From Macrostomum lignano (Eukaryota), in contig NIVC01003701.1 in the NCBI GenBank assembly GCA_002269645.1, positions 1-25,061 on the forward strand: DNA of 25,061 bases. Reading direction: 5' to 3'. The position numbers were made by a program, and so were the translations under genes. Below, one piece after another: positions 22,901 through 25,061 of the stretch; position 1 is the stretch's first letter, and each line of letters begins with the position of its first letter. A model generated the notes under the pieces. That model was not told the DNA's origin. It worked only from the letters and a program-made list of their open reading frames with translations, and did not search any database.

Positions 22901-24218
22901 GCTGCTCAAGGTTTTTGTCTCTTCTCAACTCTCTTCTCTACTCTTTGCCTTCTGCTCTCCTCTCTCCCACTTCTCTTCGGCCTCCCTCATCTCCTCTCTC
23001 CCTCTTCTCTTCTCTCAACTCTTCTCTTCTCCCCCATTTCCTTTCTCCGTCTTCTTTCCTTTCTCATCGCCCCTCTCATCTAATCTGTCCTCTTAACTTT
23101 GCCTTTATCTCTAATCTCCTCTTTTTCTTCTCTCTCTCATTTGCTCTCTCATCTGACACGCAACCATGAGCTGGATTCTTTATCTGTCCCTTCAGGTAAA
23201 ACAAATTTGCCGACACCTGTTCTAGATACATAGTGACATGGCTTGATTGACAGGTAGGATAAACCTTTGCCCGTGCCTTATCATTGATTGACGGCTAGTG
23301 TGTGGGGTTGGTGGATAGCGATTTTCTAAGATAGCTTTTCTAATATCCCAAAACAGAGTATATCGGGCATATAGGAATAGCATGATGCATGCAGTTTTAA
23401 AGTTTTCGACATATGTTGTGCAACCACATCAGGGAGAAGACGCTAGGAGAGGGGAGAACAGGAAGAGTGGAGTTGTAAATGCGGCACAGACCTTGGCACC
23501 GACAGCGGCTTCTTTCTTAGCTTTAGCGGCGGCTGCCGCTGCGGCAGCCACAGCCGCAGCTTCCTCGTCATCCGCGACAGCGTCTTCATCGTCGCTGGCT
23601 CCGAGGAACTCGTCGTCAGCTCTGCTATGGCCAGCAGTTGGCAGCCGGCCGGCAGTTCCAGGCACCGGGGCTGGCAGAGTCTCCAAGCGGACAACATGTA
23701 AATAGCCAATAGGCTGAGTCTGTTGATGCTTCATCATCCCTGACTGCTGCTTACGCTGAGCAGACTCAAAGTCTGGCAACAATGGCAGCCTGGCGTCCAA
23801 CAGTCGCATCTGTAGAATATCCGTCAAATTGATGCAAGCAGCGCCCAATGTTTTAAAGCCGAGATTGCGATATTTTCTACGGCGCTGCAGCATCACTAGC
23901 AGCGGATTGTCGCGCTTGATAGCATGGGGATATTGGATCTCTACTAGGATCCGACGCTCCTGAGCTCTGCAGCTGTCAGCATCGTCTGTACCAGCTGATG
24001 GAGGCTGCGGCGGTGGCGGAATCTGCTGCGAACGAAGGGTTCGTTGAGCTGGCATCTTGATAGCCAGGTAGACTGGGACAGCTGGGGACGATGAGGATGC
24101 GGGAGCTGGCTGGCCACTTGGGTGATAATCAGACAGAGTTCCACTTGGCACAGCTCCAGTTCTAGCGCATGTTGATTGACAGTTCAAGCAGAGCTGGTCA
24201 ATCTCCATGTGTAATAGC
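9030..24218 (-). CDS. PACS: PACS-family (phosphofurin acidic cluster sorting protein) gene, spliced model: join(24218-23492, 22695-22600, 17032-16437 [needs +1 nt; or 17032-16559], 15374-15123, 13318-13223, 11659-11051, 9990-9684, 9611-9510, 9157-9030); 5' exon uncertain
   Basis: PACS motifs occur in the correct order: [31 protein letters not shown] (cf. LQYPHFLKR...[20 protein letters not shown]), [52 protein letters not shown]...[26 protein letters not shown] and [18 protein letters not shown]. All introns are GT-AG with matching phases. Confidence 0.95.
9183..9500. repeat. (GATA)n microsatellite filling the last PACS intron (9158-9509)
   Basis: Direct observation. Confidence 0.98.
9510..9611 (-). 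CDS. PACS: PACS exon, 102 nt: (I)[33 protein letters not shown]
   Basis: Follows a 72-nt intron (9612-9683). Acceptor tatttgcag| and donor G|GTGAGA, phase 1-1. Matches the PACS IEGISRLICTAK motif. Confidence 0.95.
9684..9990 (-). CDS. PACS: PACS exon, 307 nt
   Basis: Acceptor acccag|GCC and donor AAA A|GTGAGT (phase 1). Encodes TPPGSPS...DLQLDYWT...[12 protein letters not shown]...LSLSLVNK. Confidence 0.93.
10017..10524. repeat. Minisatellite GGAGGC[(C)AGGC]CATAGAGGAT, 16/20/21-bp unit variants, intronic
   Basis: Direct observation. It generates the PPSSMA/LHPLW/SILYG pseudo-ORFs. Confidence 0.97.
10630..11045. repeat. Degenerate (TCAA)n microsatellite abutting the donor at 11050
   Basis: Direct observation. 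Confidence 0.95.
11051..11659 (-). CDS. PACS: PACS exon, 609 nt, core of the C-terminal domain
   Basis: Acceptor aattgcag|GCT and donor CAG|GTGGGT. Encodes [42 protein letters not shown]...LPVGEVLL...[13 protein letters not shown]. Confidence 0.95.
11690..13210. repeat. 15-bp minisatellite GGGATATTCAGAGAT / GGGATATTCACAG(T/C)T, about 100 copies, with a 375-bp higher-order duplication
   Basis: The rare variants ttcaaagatg (12356, 12731) and ttcagatatg (12611, 12986) both recur at 375 nt (25 units). Confidence 0.97.
13223..13318 (-). CDS. PACS: PACS exon, 96 nt: [32 protein letters not shown]
   Basis: Acceptor catctgcag| and donor CGG|GTGAGT. Matches the start of the PACS C-terminal domain (PRK...LPENxILVNTxDWQGQ). 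Confidence 0.92.
14470..15100. repeat. (GACA)n microsatellite with GGCA variants, intronic
   Basis: Direct observation. Confidence 0.98.
15123..15374 (-). CDS. PACS: PACS exon, 252 nt, low-complexity linker (DQRQHASV...[26 protein letters not shown])
   Basis: Acceptor aatattcag| and donor GCG|GTAGGT, open, phase 0-0, GC-rich island. Homology to PACS is weak; the call rests on position and phase. Confidence 0.75.
15690..16180. repeat. 21-bp minisatellite ATCTGAATCTCACCCCTGTA(A/C), about 23 copies, intronic
   Basis: Direct observation. Confidence 0.97.
16437..17032 (-). CDS. PACS: PACS middle-region exon (acidic stretch, STPKP motif, then S/P/Q/A-rich disordered region); 3' end ambiguous (16437 with a frameshift, or 16559)
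   Basis: Encodes [37 protein letters not shown]. Acceptor aaacctacag| has a CTAAC branch-like motif upstream. Two GTAAGT donors lie at 16558 and 16436. Confidence 0.8.
17290..18540. repeat. 32/24-bp minisatellite built from 8-mers (GCGCAGAC CTAGAGAC ACAGAAGC AGACACAA), with a 352-bp higher-order duplication
   Basis: The rare variants aaacgcagac (17826, 18178) and ccttgagac (17891, 18243) recur at 352 nt. Confidence 0.97.
18790..18850. repeat. (GA)n microsatellite
   Basis: Direct observation. Confidence 0.98.
19280..19476 (-). mobile_element. tRNA-derived SINE-like element (3' boundary approximate)
   Basis: The minus strand starts GGGGGCG-TAGCTTAGTGG (A box) ... GGCTCGATTCC (B box, 19425-19415). 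It does not fold into a full cloverleaf, and the body ends near an A-rich gataaataaa. Confidence 0.65.
19890..19930. repeat. (TA)n microsatellite
   Basis: Direct observation. Confidence 0.98.
20217..20561 (-). mobile_element. Intronic Helitron-like element with an internal ~29-30-bp minisatellite (20325-20540)
   Basis: The minus strand ends cccaacggagggataagattg CTAG|T, homologous to ccccaacggggggcgtagattg CTAG|T at 5253-5279. Possible 5' end A|TC-TCTAGCTTATTG at 20561. The repeat unit GCTGAGATGCCATGGCTCAAAGGGGG matches the GCTGAGATGTCAAGGCTCACGGGGG subrepeats at about 4700-4760. Confidence 0.65.
21260..22420. repeat. 19-bp CT-rich minisatellite (TCTCTCTTCTCCTCTGTCA), homogeneous at about 21610-21930, decayed at the ends and interrupted by unique sequence at about 21361-21600
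   Basis: Direct observation. The 19-aa periodicity in the + ORFs equals three 19-nt units. Confidence 0.95.
21482..21542 (+). pseudogene. 61-nt 28S rRNA fragment (helix 69-71 region, R2/I-PpoI target site)
   Basis: TAAACGGCAGGAGTAACTATGACTGTCTTATAAAGCCAAAATGCCTCGTCAGCTACTTAGT versus the conserved 28S sequence TAAACGGCGGGAGTAACTATGACTCTCTTAAGGTAGCCAAATGCCTCGTCATCTAATTAGT (recalled). About 84% identical by hand alignment. Confidence 0.85.
22600..22695 (-). CDS. PACS: PACS exon, 96 nt (too short for the ORF track): [32 protein letters not shown]
   Basis: Strong acceptor tatttttatttcag| and donor GGG|GTAAGT, open, phase 0-0. It resembles the PACS NIKQKFVALLKRFKVSDE segment expected at this position. 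Confidence 0.75.
22821..23219. mobile_element. 399-bp non-autonomous hAT (Buster/Charlie-type) MITE in PACS intron 22696-23491
   Basis: TIRs CAGGGATCGGCAAA and TTTGCCGACACCTG. 8-bp TSD GTCTAGAT/TTCTAGAT (7/8 match) fits the Buster/Charlie nTCTAGAn target preference. The interior is CT-rich and low-complexity. Confidence 0.9.
23492..24218 (-). CDS. PACS: PACS exon: furin/cargo-binding (C2-like) region plus acidic cluster
   Basis: Acceptor ctacacag|G CTA TTA (phase 2). Encodes [11 protein letters not shown]...[15 protein letters not shown]...[10 protein letters not shown]...[15 protein letters not shown]...[19 protein letters not shown]. Donor AAG|GTCTGT (phase 0, weak). Confidence 0.9.
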
Positions 24219-24718
24219 CTGTGTAGGTTGATTTGAATGCTTCATTTGGAGCTAAACCTACACTTGACTTTATTGCATATTCATGACAATATTTTGATAC
24301 AACATGAATTGTAATATGTTGTAAATGAAAACCAATGCATAAAAAATGTAACCTTTATCATCTTATTTATTAAAGACTATCTGCAAGAGTTGTTAGACTA
24401 AAAGATAATCATATAAATGCACATGCAAATTTTAGATAAAATATAATAGATATTCCCTAGAATAGTATATGATATAGTAATTTTTAATAATTATTTAAGA
24501 TGTTCATAAATTCTCTATCATAGTTTAAAGATAAAATACAAACTTTTTGTTGCATATTCCTTTAACTTAAAATAACTTGAAAACCTTATAGATAAATAAA
24601 GCAAGTATTCCCCATACTCAGGATCATGTCATGTATGCCAGAAATTTCCAGTGCACATTCGAGACAGCTGGCATACACTTGGCGCACAAAGTTTTTGAAA
24701 GGGTCTTCTGGTGTACAC

Positions 24719-24802
24719 CTTGGCATATATACAATTGGTGCACCCTGCATGGCACACACACATGGCACACATGAGGAGGCTACTGAGGCTACACCATGGC
24801 TA
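24719..24802 (-). CDS. Candidate upstream PACS exon (84 nt; SHGVASVASSCVPCVCAMQGAPIVYMPR)
   Basis: Acceptor ttttgtcttttgcag|. Ends CCA AG|GTGTAC in phase 2, which would give PR|L with the next exon, as in PACS CVPR|L. The donor is weak and the LFATWEVD motif is absent. Confidence 0.35.
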
Positions 24803-25061
24803 CTGCAAAAGACAAAATCAAAGAACAAGCGTGAAATTTTGTACAAAGTTTAACAATGATTTTGCAAATATATTATAATGACAATTGACAACCATTGATT
24901 CATTTAAAATATTCTCTAAATTGTGTTTTTTTTCTTCTTTTTCTTCTTTATTTATGAAATTAAAAACATAAATCTTCAAATGTTCAATTTATAATCTTTA
25001 CTTACAATTATACAAAACGTTACAACTTACAATATATCGTGATTTTGTGTATATCGCACAT

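Noticed and set aside
23240-23345. Short 18S rRNA-like words (gattgacag, tgtggggttggtgg, gatagctttt) or a snoRNA
   Set aside because: The matches are short and not collinear with 18S, and there is no convincing C/D or H/ACA box arrangement.
24200-24218. A second frameshift restoring a T-W-E-I-D motif (acatggagattgac lacking one G)
   Set aside because: The unshifted reading (P)R|[11 protein letters not shown] already aligns with PACS PRLCSLTLKKLVV and fits the phase-2 acceptor, so no indel is required.

Overview
This window is eukaryotic (invertebrate-animal-like) genomic DNA, not prokaryotic: it has GT-AG introns, GC-rich exons, AT-rich introns and a TTAGGG tract. It holds one multi-exon gene on the minus strand, a PACS-family (phosphofurin acidic cluster sorting protein, PACS1/PACS2-like) gene. 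I can assemble nine phase-compatible coding exons between 24218 and 9030 (about 970 codons). The first coding exon is uncertain, and there is a probable 1-bp frameshift or alternative donor near 16.7 kb. Almost every intron carries its own micro- or minisatellite, and these arrays explain all the other long ORFs in the ORF track. The rest is mobile DNA: four Helitron-type 3' ends (hairpin + CTAG|T) linked to minisatellites, a 2.2-kb 23-bp satellite, two hAT MITEs with 8-bp TSDs, two palindromic/foldback elements and a tRNA-derived SINE. The most unexpected item is a 61-nt 28S rRNA fragment centred on the R2/I-PpoI target site, with its differences clustered at the cut site. There is no CRISPR array and no evidence for a new multi-gene system. 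Homology calls come from remembered family motifs, not database searches. The style resembles repeat-rich flatworm genomes such as Macrostomum, but the species cannot be determined from this window.
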